Part shown: piece by piece, positions 24,745-36,780 of the stretch | Position numbering within the stretch: the first letter of the stretch is position 1 | How the letters are laid out: the number at the start of each line of letters is the position of its first letter | Notes under the pieces: model-generated | Seen by the model: the letters and a program-made list of their open reading frames with translations, nothing else | Database searches by the model: none | What the model was told of the DNA's origin: nothing | Origin: Octopus sinensis | Taxonomy: Eukaryota | Assembly: GCF_006345805.1 (NCBI RefSeq) | Contig: NC_043013.1 | Span: 15,996,001-16,060,000, forward strand | Length of the DNA: 64,000 nucleotides | Direction: 5' to 3' | Made by a program: the position numbers and the translations under genes

Positions 24745-25325
24745 GTACACCATCACTTACGACGACAAAGGTTCCAATTGATCCAATCAACAGAATAGCC
24801 CGCTTGTGAAATTAGCATGCATGTGGTTGAGTGTTCCACAGACACCCATACCTAATTCTTTACTACCCACAAGGGGCTAAACACAGAGGGGACAAACAAG
24901 GACAGACAAACGGATTAAGTCAATCATATCGAAACCAGTACATAACTGGTACTTAATTTATTGACCCCGAAAGGATGAAAGGCAAAGTCGACCTCGGCGG
25001 AATTTGAACTCAGAACATAACGGCAGACGAAATACGGCTAAGCATTTCGCCCGGCGTGCTAATGTTTCTGTCAGCTTGTCACCTTAGCCAGCTCGTCGCC
25101 TTGACACCCATACCCTTAATATAGTTCTCAGGGAGATTCAGTGTAACACAGAGTGCAGAAAGGCTGGCCCTTTGAAATACAGGTACAACTTGTTTTTGCC
25201 AGCTGAGCAGACTAGAGCAACGTGAAAGAAAGTGTCTTGTTCAGGGACACATGTCACCAGGAATTGAACTCGTGACCTTATGATCATAAGTCAAATACTC
25301 TAACCACTAAGCCATGCACCTACAA
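24745..25325 (-). mobile_element. SINE family E (tRNA head at about 25250-25320), interrupted by a family A SINE
   Basis: Minus strand ggtgcatggcttagtggttagagtatttgac...gagttcaattcc...gtccctgaacaagacactt. Flanked by an approximately 20-bp degenerate duplication (24725-24744 and 25326-25345). Confidence 0.7.
24853..25102 (-). mobile_element. SINE family A with a 12-bp TSD
   Basis: GACACCCATACC at 24841-24852 and 25103-25114. Confidence 0.9.
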
Positions 25326-25374
25326 TTCCGTCAAATGTAAAGCTTATTTATTCACATGGCTTTAAATTAATTAC

Positions 25375-25790
25375 TCTTACTCTTTACTCTTTTACTTGTT
25401 TCAGTCATTTGACTGCGGCCATGCTGGAGCACCACCTTTAATCGAGCAACTCAACCCTGGGACTTATTCATTGTAAGCCTAGTACTTAGTCTATCGGTCT
25501 CTTTTGCCGAACCACTAAGTAACGGGGATATAAACACACCAGCATCGGTTGTCAAGCAATGCTAGGGGGACAAACACAGACACAAACACACACACGCGTA
25601 TATATATATATATATATACATGTATACGACGGGCTTCTTTTAGTTTCCATCTACCAAATCCACTCACAAGGTTTTGGTCGGCCCGAGGCTATAGTAGAAG
25701 ACGCTTGCCCAAGGTGCCACGCAGTGGGACTGAACCCGGAACCATGTGGTTGGTAAACAAGCTACTTACCACACACCCACTCCTGCGCCT
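25375..25790 (-). mobile_element. SINE family B, full length
   Basis: Complete consensus match. Confidence 0.9.
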
Positions 25791-26341
25791 AATCATTCAT
25801 TATTTGTAGCTTTGAGAGTGCAATAATGTGATTGTTGCATTTTTAGAATGACATTGTAGGGTAGGTGTGAGAAGACACCTCTGGCTGGTTTAAACATAAA
25901 ATATTTGCACCCATCCCCCCCACCCCAGATATGGCCGAGGGGGAGGAAGCGGGGGGGGGGTTAAATACGGGGGTGGGGGTCGGTTTAAATGTCCATAACA
26001 GCCTGACCTGGCAAGCCCACACAGCTGGATCATTCTGTGACATGTGAGAAGGTGGTGGTGGAGGATGTGAAATCAAAACAAAAGTAAAAAATGAGAGAGA
26101 GAGAGTAAAGTGTAAACAATGAAACACTTGTAGAAGATGATTACTGAAATATAGTCTGGACTGAATGACCTTTGAGATGCAGTGTGTTGTGTTGTGTGTG
26201 TGTGTGTGTGCTTGTTACCACATACATATACATGTATACATATACATACATGCTAAAAATCACATGCAGATGTGTGTCTTTGTGTGTTCAGTCAATAACA
26301 CATTATTTTGGCTGCAGTCCACCCATTTTGGCAATGTTTTC

Positions 26342-26386
<45 letters not shown>

Positions 26387-26707
26387 TAAATCTATTTCCT
26401 GGTTGACCTAGATATTGTACTAGCACTCTCTTCTACTCCATACAGTCAAAACAACTCTCAAGTTCTCCACTTGGACTTAGGCACAGACAGGAGCTGAGAC
26501 TCTCAAAGCACAAACAAATCCATTCTAATATCTTACTAACACAAACACGTGCACACATGCACGTATACAATGCATATATTATATACATACACACATACAC
26601 GCACACATGCGCACACACACATACACATGCGTGTGCACACACACACACACATACTTATATATGTATGCACATATATGTGTGCGTATATATCATCATCATC
26701 ATCGTCA

Positions 26708-27089
26708 GTGGAGGTGCAACGGCCCAGTGGTTAGGGCAGCGGACTCACGGTCGGAGGATCGCAGTTTCGATTCCCAGACCGGGCGTTGTGTGTGTTTATT
26801 GATCGAAAACACCTAAAGCTCCACGAGGTTCTGGCAGGGGGTGGTGGCAACCCCTGTTGTACTCTTTCGCTCCAACTTTCTCTCACTCTTTCTTCCTGTT
26901 TCTTGTCCCCGACTTCCTATGCAACCGCTGAGCCTGGATGCGCATTCATCCATCCGTCGATGCTCTCGGTGTCGGGGGTGGGGAGGTGGACCTGGTTTCT
27001 CTTCTGCGGGTCTTACAAATAGCAAAGGACCACATTTCAGACTTCTCCCAAGAGGACGAAAACCGCTTCGCTCAACAAACAAACCAACA
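26708..27089 (+). mobile_element. SINE family D with a 13-bp TSD
   Basis: ATCATCATCGTCA at 26695-26707 and 27090-27102. Confidence 0.88.
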
Positions 27090-27110
27090 ATCATCATCGT
27101 CATCATCATT

Positions 27111-27141
<31 letters not shown>

Positions 27142-27209
27142 TTTAATGTCCTTTATGTCTATGCTCGCATGGGTTGGATGGTTTGATAAGAACAGATGAG
27201 CCAGAGGAA

Positions 27210-27416
27210 AGGCGGTGAGCTGGCAGAACTGTTGGCACGCTGGGCGAAATGCTTAGCGGTATATCATCTGCTGTTACATTCTGAGTTTAAATTCCACCGA
27301 CGTCGACTTTGCCTTTCATCCTTTCGGGGTCGATAAATTAAGTACCAGTTATGCACTGGGGTCGATGTAATCGACTTAATTCATTTGTCTGTCCTTGTTT
27401 GTCCTCTCTAAGAAAT
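27210..27416 (+). mobile_element. SINE family A
   Basis: Consensus match. Confidence 0.85.
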
Positions 27417-28211
27417 AAGAGGACTCTGCCAGGTTCTTTGACTGCTTTGACATGATTTCTACAGCTGGATAACCTTCCTAACACCAACCACTTAATCTTG
27501 AGGTCACCAAGTACCCACAAGACAAGACTCCTCAACTGAGTGGAATATAGACCAGAGGAATAAGAAATTATGTCTTATTAACTAAACATGCTCACACATG
27601 TATGTGTATGTATATGCATTTATGCATGTATGTATAAGTGTGTACATGTGTGTGTGTGTGTGTGTAATTAAATAAGACAATATTTACATATTGTCAAAAC
27701 ACAACTAGATCTCATAATGCAGGAAAACAGGTGCATCGTCAAAAACCTGCATATATGGAGAACTACAGTGTGTAGAAACAATTGTAGTGATTGAAAAATA
27801 AATGTCCAAATGTACTCCTTCTTGTTGACTAATTCTTGTTGAAATTTTTTTAGTTGTCTATTCACACGTGGAGGTGCGTGGCTTAGTGGTTAGGGTGTCA
27901 GCATCATGGTCATAAGATTAGCATATAGGCTGTCCACTTTTAGAGGTCAGTCCTCTAAATTTTGTATGCAAAAAATTTTTAATCTTCGAATTTTTTAAAA
28001 ATATGCTTGGTCACTGGTTTTAATTGATTAATATCAATTTCTACCCTTATTTATAGACACACATATATACATAGTCATGGTACATTCTGTAAAGAACGTA
28101 GTAGAGTACAGTATACAGCTCATTCACCTTCAGATTTCCCCTGTACTATCCAGCAATAGTATTATACATACTTCCAAGCTTGTGTTTGGACATTTGTTGT
28201 GTGTGAATACA

Positions 28212-28390
28212 TAATAAATAAAATAAATACGCCCTTTTAAAGCCTAGCCAGGCTCCTGGATCCGATTTCCTGTTTTCTATGGCGTATGTGTTCCCCAGCT
28301 GGACGTGATGCCAGTCCATCGCAGGATTACTCATTTTTGCCAGCTGAGTGGACTGGAGCAACGTAAAATGAAGTGTTTTGCTCAAGAACC
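28212..28390 (-). mobile_element. SINE family F, 3' part (V-SINE-like domain)
   Basis: Minus strand cctgcgatggactggcatcacgtccagc...gagcctggctaggctttaaaagggc. Related to 51951-52236. Confidence 0.6.
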
Positions 28391-28979
28391 ATTTTTTATG
28401 TGTGTATATATGTATGTAGTATCAATATGTGTACCGTGATTTTAAGAATAGCTACACCATGTCTTTGTATGCAACAGAGGGGACTAAAGAGGTTTGTGAA
28501 AAGATTCAGCATTGAAAATATGTCAACATTGCCAACAGGGAAAAGCAGACATGAAACATTGACAATGATCTTAATGTGTGTTTCAGTGTATGTGTGTGTG
28601 TGTGAGTGTGTGCGTGTTTGTGTGTGTGTGTATGTGAGGGTGTATGCATATGTATATGAGTGTGAGAGCCTTCCTGTACCCAGTCGAAAGATTACAATTG
28701 ATTTTATATTGACCTCTGTTACATTCATTTGTCTGTAGTATATATTATCTCATTTTTATATTGTTGACCCTCAATCTTGAAAGTCATTTGCTTTGTAACG
28801 ATCATCATGTCAGTGATATTTATAATTGCTAGCGCAATCAGTGGGGTAGTATCAGAGGATTAAATTTTTAGGACTTTGATTGTGTTGAAACTATGATGAT
28901 TCTGGACTTTATGGCTGACAAAAGGCATTCCATACTTCATTGTCCTTTTTTCAGTAATTGTTTCTAAGTCACACTTTGA

Positions 28980-29031
<52 letters not shown>

Positions 29032-29061
29032 GAATGGAGTTGAACGACTAGTTAACAAATA

Positions 29062-29158
29062 TCCTTTATTCTCGACATATGTTTCGAAGGCTGCATATTT
29101 CTAATTCTGAAGGAATAAGGAGTACATTATGCAGATTTCTCATCAGGAAAATCAAGGA
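29062..29158 (-). ncRNA. Type I minimal hammerhead ribozyme (canonical core)
   Basis: Minus strand: uccuugauuuuc CUGAUGA GAA au CUGCAUA..UAUGCAG cc UUC GAAAC AUAU GUC gagaau a aagga. All core nucleotides, G10.1-C11.1, stems I, II and III and the GUC triplet are present. Confidence 0.85.
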
Positions 29159-29288
29159 ACTCATGTCGACGTCAAAATGCACAATAAACTTTTAGCTGAC
29201 CGCTCTCAAGGAGCCCATGGCGATAATCATGGGCCCCTTGAGAGCGGTCAGCTAAAAGTTTTTTGTGCATTTTGATGTCGACATAAGT

Positions 29289-29385
29289 TCCTTGATTTTC
29301 CTGATGAGAAATCTGCATAATGTACTCCTTATTCCTTCGGAATTAGGAATATGCAGCCTTTGAAACATATGTCGAGAATAAAGGA
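29289..29385 (+). ncRNA. Type I minimal hammerhead ribozyme (G.U at 10.1-11.1)
   Basis: CTGATGA 29301-29307, GAAAC 29362-29366, ATAT loop, GTC 29371-29373. Stem I is attttc/gagaat plus tcctt/aagga. Confidence 0.8.
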
Positions 29386-30456
29386 TATTTGTTAACTAGT
29401 CGTTCAACTCCATTCTTTCATATACTTATAATTTTAAAATAAACATACAAATTTCCGCACAAAGACACGTAGTCTATGCCCTAGGGATGTAGCTTCAACT
29501 GTCTTCTTTCTGATGTGAATTTGCTACCCAGGTATCGGTTATCTTTCGAATTATCCTTAATAAGATAACTCATTCAATTACTCAAATATATATATATATA
29601 TATATATAATTTATATGAATAAGGATTTGTTACCATGTTTCTGCTGAGATACACTACCTTCGTTACAATTCATTTTGAATATAATAAAGAATTTAGTAAA
29701 ATAACTTTTGTCATTATTAAGCTGGTGTTTGAAACATAAATTAATATGAAATTTTGATGAGAGATTTTAATTAGGATCGCTTTATCCCTCATTTTACTAT
29801 ATTTCTTTTAAATATACTGATTTTTGATTAATTCTGAAAAACGATAAAGAATTCAGTAAAATGACATTATCGTCATTATGCTGGCATTTGGAATGTAATT
29901 TAGTAAAAAATTTAATAGGAAGTTTTAATTTAGATCACATTAAAATGGAAAGTTTGTATCATGGGACCAAGCAGGTTGGTACTAAAAGAATAAAATCTAT
30001 CACCAACAGCCAAGGGAGACTACTTCAAATCTCAAATAACTGAAATTTAGTTGACCACACAAAAAATGTTGCTTCCTAAAATTAATATTGGAAATAAGTA
30101 TTCAGTGAGAGGAAAATATAGAAATTGTAGAATTATTCTTCATTTGCTATTAAATATACATAATTTCTTTCTATTTTTCCTTTTTGTATTTTTTGGTATT
30201 ATTTTTTTTTGTTTTTTTTTTGTATTTTTTGTATTTCTTAAAATAACATTAAGATATGTAGGAATAAACACGGGAAGTTTTATATTTCCATTTAATTATA
30301 AACTGAACAGCAACATTAGTTTAGCATAATTTCCATACATGTGTTAGAAGGATGGGGGGAGGGGCAGGCTGCAAAAATGTAAATCGAGCAACAAACTTTG
30401 TTTATCAAATATAAACATAAATATAAACACAAAACTAAATATAGATATAAAACTAC

Positions 30457-30495
<39 letters not shown>

Positions 30496-30829
30496 TATGC
30501 ACACATATATACACATATACAGATGCATATATATTCATATATATGTGTGTGTGTGTGTTTCTATGTGTGTGTCAGTGTGTGTATATGAATATACTTATCT
30601 AATGTGAAATAAATATTGATTTGTATTTTGTGTTTTTTATATCTAATTTTTCCACACATGTGTTAACACGACCGGAATGGTTTCTACAAACTTAAGCTAA
30701 TTTGCATATTGATTCAGATAATTTGCATATTACCAGATTAATTGTTATTTTATAGATGGATGATCCTTCATTCTACAGCTGTGTCTCTCCATAGAACTGT
30801 GGTTTTATAAACATCAGCAACAACAATGA

Positions 30830-31105
30830 TTACACCATGGCAACAATAACAACAGCAACAACAACAATAGCGACAACAACAACAGCAACAATAACAACAA
30901 CAATAATGACAGCAATAACAATAACCACAACAGCAATTACAACAATAACAACAACAACAACAACAGCAGCGACAGAAACTATAATGACAACAATAACAGC
31001 AACAATAACAACAACAATAATGACTTATAACAACAACAACAACAGCAACAACAATAAAAGCAACAATGACAACATCAAAACTTACAACAATAAGAACAGC
31101 AACAA
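30830..31105. repeat. (AAC)n/(AAT)n degenerate microsatellite
   Basis: Directly visible. Confidence 0.95.
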
Positions 31106-31107
31106 CA

Positions 31108-31478
31108 GTGGAGGCACAATGGACCAATGGTTAGGGCAGCGGACTCACGGTCGGAAGATCGCGGTTTCGATTCCCTGACCGGGCGTTGTGTGTGTTTATT
31201 GAGCAAAAACACCTAAAGCTCCACGAGGCTCCGGCAGGGGGTGGTGCCGACCCCTGTTGTACTATTTCGCCCCAACTTTCTCTCACTTTTTCTTCCTGTT
31301 TCTTGTCCCCGACTTCCTACACAACTGCTGAGCCTGGATGCGCATTCATCCATCCGTCGATGCTCTCGGTGGCAGGGGTTGACCTGGTTTCTCTTCTGCG
31401 GGTCTTATGAACAGCAAAGGACCACGTTTCAGACTTGTCCCACTGCAAGCTCTGGGACGAAGACTGCTTCGCTCAACA
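31108..31478 (+). mobile_element. SINE family D
   Basis: Consensus match, with (AAC)n on both sides. Confidence 0.85.
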
Positions 31479-31734
31479 GCAACAGCAATAGCATCAACAA
31501 CAGTAAGAACAACTGCAACAATAATAAAAGCAACAATAATTGCAACCACAACAACAGCAATAACAACAAACTCAGCAGTAACAACAATAACAACCAGAAA
31601 TGAATCAAAAGTAACAATATCAGCCCAGGGTGGGACCAACATAAGCTAAATTTTCCCAAAAAATGAAAAAATCAAATTTATTGCTTCTTCATAAATTAAT
31701 CAGACTTCTCTCCTTCAAAACGGTTACCTCTATA

Positions 31735-32016
31735 TACTCTTTTCACTCTCTTTACTCTTTTACTTGTTTCAGTCATTTGACTGTGGCCATGCTGGAGCAC
31801 CGCCTTCAGTCGAGCAAATCGACCCCAGGACTTATTCTTTGTAAGCCTAGTACTTATTCTATCGATCTCCTTTGCTGAACCACTAAGCTACGGGGACATG
31901 AACACACCAGCATCGGTTGTCAAGCAATGTTGGGGGGACAAACATATACCCCCCCCCATATATATATATATATATATATATTTTGATTTGCATAATAGTG
32001 GTTTTGTCTCTAATTT

Positions 32017-32071
<55 letters not shown>

Positions 32072-32145
32072 CATATATGTATATATATTCAACGGGCTTC
32101 TTTCAGTTTCCGTCTACCAAATCCTCACAGCCACTCCTACGCCTA
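31735..32145 (-). mobile_element. SINE family B with internal deletion
   Basis: Tail and 3' domain are intact; the head is collapsed (ccaaatcc joined to tcacagccactcc). Confidence 0.8.
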
Positions 32146-32589
32146 TGCCTATATTGATATAGTTTCTTGAGTTTGGGAACCTATCCATGAGTAGTGTACA
32201 GTTCTCATTGTGAAATTTCATCGTTCTCTTGTGTTGTCTGAAAATCAGCAGCCTTTCAGTGCGATTTTCATAAAAGTCTTCTTGTGTCGAAATTCAGAGA
32301 TGAGAATGGCTGAGAATTGGGTGTCATCATGTGCAAATAAATAAGACTTACTCCCCCCACACACACACGTATGTGTGTCTGTGTGTGTGTTTGTATGTCA
32401 TTCAGTTTTATTTCAAGATTTCTTGCCAATACAAAGAGAGAGATGGTTTCTAACCTAGATCCAAGGCTCCTTCATTGGAATTTCGACATCAACAACAGAG
32501 TATTTTTGTATGTATGTATGTATGTATGTATGTATTTATGTATGTATGTATTTATGTATGTATGTATGTATGTAGATGTGCAATACCTG

Positions 32590-32736
32590 AGGGCGCACAC
32601 TCTCCTACCCTGATGTAATATCCAGGGATACAGGCATCCAGCAACAGGACCTCCGTAATGCCATGATGGACCGTGAAGTCTGGCGTAGCATAGTAAATTC
32701 CATTGTCTCGACCACGGTCGAACATTGATGATGATG
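32590..32736 (+). mobile_element. RTE-clade LINE 3' end (second family)
   Basis: TLSYPDVISRDTGIQQQDLRNAMMDREVWRSIVNSIVSTTVEH* followed by (GAT)n. Confidence 0.7.
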
Positions 32737-32744
32737 AGATGTGC

Positions 32745-33230
32745 AGTTTTGTATCTCTTATTTTATGTATGTATTCTCATGCATACAGTTGCATTTCTAA
32801 ACATGCTCATATATTCTTAACTGATAAACTTATGGAAAGTTTTACAGATTTTTACAGTTCCAGTGATGGCTTGCATCTACAGTCTTCAAATCAGCTTTCT
32901 CCTTTCTGGTTTTGAGAAGCCTAATTTCTCAAAATTGGTATTTAGGCAGTGTGTTACATATCTCAGTACCCCAATAATTACGGGTATAAACCTGAACTTG
33001 TAATCTGGAAATAGTAGCTGTAGATTCCTCAAGAGTTCAATGACGGTATTCTCTTTATCGCTGATCTTCAGCTTTATTTTAACATCCGCTGGGCAGCTGA
33101 TTTCCACAGCTTCACACAGTTTCTTTTCTCATCCCAAATTACTGTCAGGTCTATTGTGTTTACATTTTATTGAGGTTTTCACTGGGACTATGTATGTATG
33201 AATGTATGTACACTTTTGCTCACCTTATGT
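32745..33230 (-). mobile_element. R4/Dong-like RLE retrotransposon 3' end
   Basis: KCKHNRPD-VIWD, EISCPADVKIKLK..KEN...LLRNLQLLFPDYKFRFIPVIIG.L.YV...LGF and AITGTVKICKTF. Same family as 16930-17670. Confidence 0.8.
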
Positions 33231-33759
33231 ATGTACATAGCCCTTATTATTGGTCATTCCTTGCATTACAGACTGGTACATTTGACTGTTACAAGAGTCT
33301 ATAGAACCTAGTTAGCCGGCTGGTTGGCTGGTTGGTCAATTGGTCAGTCGGTCGACTGGTTGGTTGGTTGGTTTTGTTATGAAGAAATGGGTGGAGAGGT
33401 GGAGCTACAGAGGCATAAATACAGACAAAAACAGAGAAAAGAAGACAGAATTGTAACTGCAACATTGGTTTATGATGGAAATATTCAAATTTTATTCATA
33501 TTTTTCATTTTATTATGGGAAGTGGTGGGGGTGGTGCTATTTTTGTTATATTTATTTGTTTGTTTGTTTATTTATTTTCACAGCCTGAGAAATATATTTA
33601 ATAACAAAATGGATGGCTGTATTTAAGAAGCTCAATTTGAAATCATATGGTTTTGGGTTCACTACCACAGCATGGGACCTTGGGCAAGTCTCCTCCACTA
33701 TAATGCTGGGCTGAGCAATGTCTTGTGAGTGAATTTGATAAACAGAATCTGAGTGGAAA

Positions 33760-34875
33760 CACTGTGGCCATGCTGAAGCACTGCCTTTAGTCAAACAAAA
33801 TGACCCCAGGACTTATTCTTTGTCAGCCTAGTACTTATTCTATTGGTCTCTTTTGCCAAACTGCTAAGTTTCGGGGACATAAACGCACCAGCATCGGTTG
33901 TCAAGTGATGGTGGGTGGAAAACACAAACACAGAGACGCACACACACACACACACACATAAATATATATACACAATAGGCTTCTTTCAGTTTCCATCTAC
34001 CAAATCCACTCACAAGGCTTTGGTTGGCCTGAGGCTATACTCTTTTACTCTTTTTTCTTGTTTCAGTCATTTGACTGTGGCCCTGCAGGAGCACTGCCTT
34101 TAGTCGAGCAAATTGACCCCAGGACTTATTTTTTGTCAGCCTAGTACTTATTCTATTGGTCTCTTTTGCCGAACTGCTAAATTTCGGGGACATAAACGCA
34201 CCAGCATCGGTTGTCAAGCGATGTTGGGGGACAAACACAGACACACAAACATATACACACACACATACACATACATATATATACATATATACGACGGGCT
34301 TCTTTCAGTTTCCATCTACTAAATCCACTCACAAGGCTTTGGTCAACCCGAGACTATAGCAGAAGACACTTGCCCAACGAGCCACACTGTGAGACTGAAC
34401 CCGGAACCATGTGGTTCGTAAGCAAGCTACTTACTACACAGCCACTCCTGCGCCTATAGTAGAAGACACTTGCACAAGGTGCCATGCAGTGGGACTGAAC
34501 CTGGAACTATGTGGTTGGGAAGCAATCTTCTTACCACACAGCCATGCCTGTGCCTATATAACTTATATTTTCTACTTGTTCCAGTCATTAGACTGTGGCC
34601 ATGCTGTAGAATTTTAGTTGAACAAATCGACCCCAGTACTCATTATTTTTTAAGCCAGTTACTTATTCTGTTGATCTTTTTTGCCAAACCACTAAGTTAC
34701 AGGGACTTAAACACACCAGCACCAGTTATCAAGTGGTGGTGGTGGTGGACAAACAAAAGCACAAAGACACAAACACGTATTTCCAGTTTCCATCTACCAA
34801 ATCCACTTACGAGGCTTCGTTTGGCCTGAGGCTATAGCAAAAGACACTTGCCCAAGGTGCCACACATTGGGACTG
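33760..34875 (-). mobile_element. Cluster of head-to-tail SINE family B copies
   Basis: Copies at about 33760-34040, 34040-34455 and 34570-34875, plus a duplicated head at 34455-34557. Confidence 0.85.
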
Positions 34876-34974
34876 AGTTTTGAGTTATGTCATGACAATG
34901 ATTCCAAAAAAGGATGAAATCATATTATATGTAGCTACCAATGGCAAATATATTTGGAAGCTTTATTTGTACTG

Positions 34975-35170
34975 AGCGAGAGGCCCTTTGTCACCAGCAG
35001 AGGTAGGAGCTCTCTGAACTTTGCCCAGGCTATTCTTATTCTAGCAGCTATACTTTCAGAGCATCCACCCCTGCTACTGACTTGGTCCCCTAGGTAACGG
35101 AAGCTATCAACTACTTCTAGTTTTTGTCCCTGGAATATGACAGAGGCTGTTCTCTGCATATTTTCTGTGT
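34975..35170 (-). mobile_element. RTE LINE RT fragment
   Basis: QKLEVVDSFRYLGDQVSSRGGCSESIAARIRIAWAKFRELLPLLVTKGLSL. Same family as 47872-49023. Confidence 0.85.
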
Positions 35171-35214
35171 TTATAGCACTTGAGCATTTGCCACATACAA
35201 AAAATCATCTTCCC

Positions 35215-35708
35215 CCCCAATTTGCTTGCTTGAGATCTTCATGGATAATTGAACATGACACATTAAATTTTTGAGCCAAATCTCAGATGCTTTGATGTAG
35301 ATCTGATACAACAGTCTCTTTCAAAAGGTTGTCATCCAGAGTGGGTTGCCTTCTTGAGTGAGGATTGTCAGATATGGCACAAATGCCAGCTTTAAAACTT
35401 TTAAACTACAGCTGACATGTATGAGTTTTCACTGCATCCAGATACACATCACAAGTGTTTTTGATTGCTTCTATAACAGTACTTTTCTTTTGAAACACAT
35501 GCAGTAAGCAACAGCCAAAATGTTGTCTCATAAAGCTCTTATCCTCCATGGGGTTAATTACCAAAATAACTATGAATGACAAACCGCTAGATAGAAGAAA
35601 TGATAGAGTATTTCTAAACAGTTTCCACCCATTCCGCCTTGGCTCTGGCATGATTGATTGATTCGTATTTCATAGTGGAAAAATGCAACTACTTTCCAAA
35701 CGCCCTAA
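35215..35708 (-). mobile_element. Degenerate mariner, left TIR plus transposase N-terminus
   Basis: TIR-like attagggcgtttggaaagtagttgcattttt. HFGCCLLHVFQKKST..EAIKNTCDVY.DAV...CQ and a degenerate RSGRP..LDD..L motif. Confidence 0.7.
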
Positions 35709-36584
35709 TGTGAGTGTGTGTGGGTGTGGGTGTGGGTGTGTTTCTGTGTGTGCATGTATACGTAAGTATATATATATGTGTGTGTGCGTGTATATTTAAA
35801 TATATATACACACTCACATCCACACCCATCCATTCACACACCCTTCAGACTGCCTCTCAAACACCCTACCACAGACCATTTCATCTATGCAAAAACACAG
35901 AACTACACAAAAATAACCACACCTGTTACCCTAGCTGCTGACCTCTTACATTAAAAAAACACATAGATCACTCCCAAATACACAGATAAACAGTTAATAC
36001 CACGAACACACACACAAACATGGACACACACACACACACACACAGAGTTACCACCACATGCATACACACACACACATGCTACCTTACACACATACAAGGT
36101 ATCACATGCACATACCACTACCACCACACACGCCACCACCACCACCTTTCTTTACACTCTTAGAAAGCACTTTCTCTTTGTTCATCTACTTCCATTCATT
36201 CCATTATGTAAACTACATGTGGATTGTTGGCAAATTTTTTCCCCATCTTCCTTTACATTTTGACTTTCCTCTGTTTCTTGTTTCTGAAGAAGAACTTTGC
36301 TTGAAGCATAAAACACCTTTTCTTTTCTTCCCTGAACAGCTTATTAATATTTTGCATGTACCACATCCCTCGCATACTCATGTTGTTCTTTTGCTTTTTT
36401 CTCTGTTTTTTTTTTTTATTAATTATATATATATACACATGTATACAGAGTGTGATGAATAAACTGTCATCTAAATTATGCAAAAATGGAAATAACATTG
36501 ACGTCTCATTTTAACAGATATATTTACCAAAATTACATGAAAATATCTTGAAATACAAAAGAGTAAATTTATTCAATAAAATCG

Positions 36585-36780
36585 CCAGTTGATCTTTAGT
36601 GTTACTAGGAGTTTTGTTGGTTTCTCACTCAACTGTGCCCCACACATAATAATCAAGGGGGTTGCAGTCTGGGGAATTAGGTGGCCAGATGTTACAGGTG
36701 ATGTGGTCACAGAAATTGTCTGATAGCCATGACTGGGTTCTCCTGCTTGTGTGGCATGGTAAAAAGTCCTGTTGCCAGAC
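36585..36780 (-). mobile_element. maT-family (DD37D) transposase catalytic fragment
   Basis: VWQQDFLPCHTSRRTQSWLSDNFCDHITCNIWPPNSPDCNPLDYYVWGTVE, with exactly 37 residues between the second and third catalytic Asp. Confidence 0.85.

Larger units (their letters stand above)
24704..25990. mobile_element. piggyBac-type MITE split by nested SINE insertions
   Basis: ttaaccctttagcattcag at 24704. MITE sequence resumes at about 25326-25370 and about 25791-25990. Confidence 0.7.
29023..29424. mobile_element. 402-bp palindromic PLE-type terminal-repeat element (197-bp arms, 8-nt loop)
   Basis: Arms 29023-29219 and 29228-29424 align without indels, with 7 mismatches. (TA)n on the left, and a (TA)n tract after a unique segment of about 160 bp on the right. 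Confidence 0.9.

Noticed and set aside
25939-25979. G-quadruplex-forming G-run cluster
   Set aside because: An isolated homopolymer expansion inside a decayed MITE, with no evidence of function.
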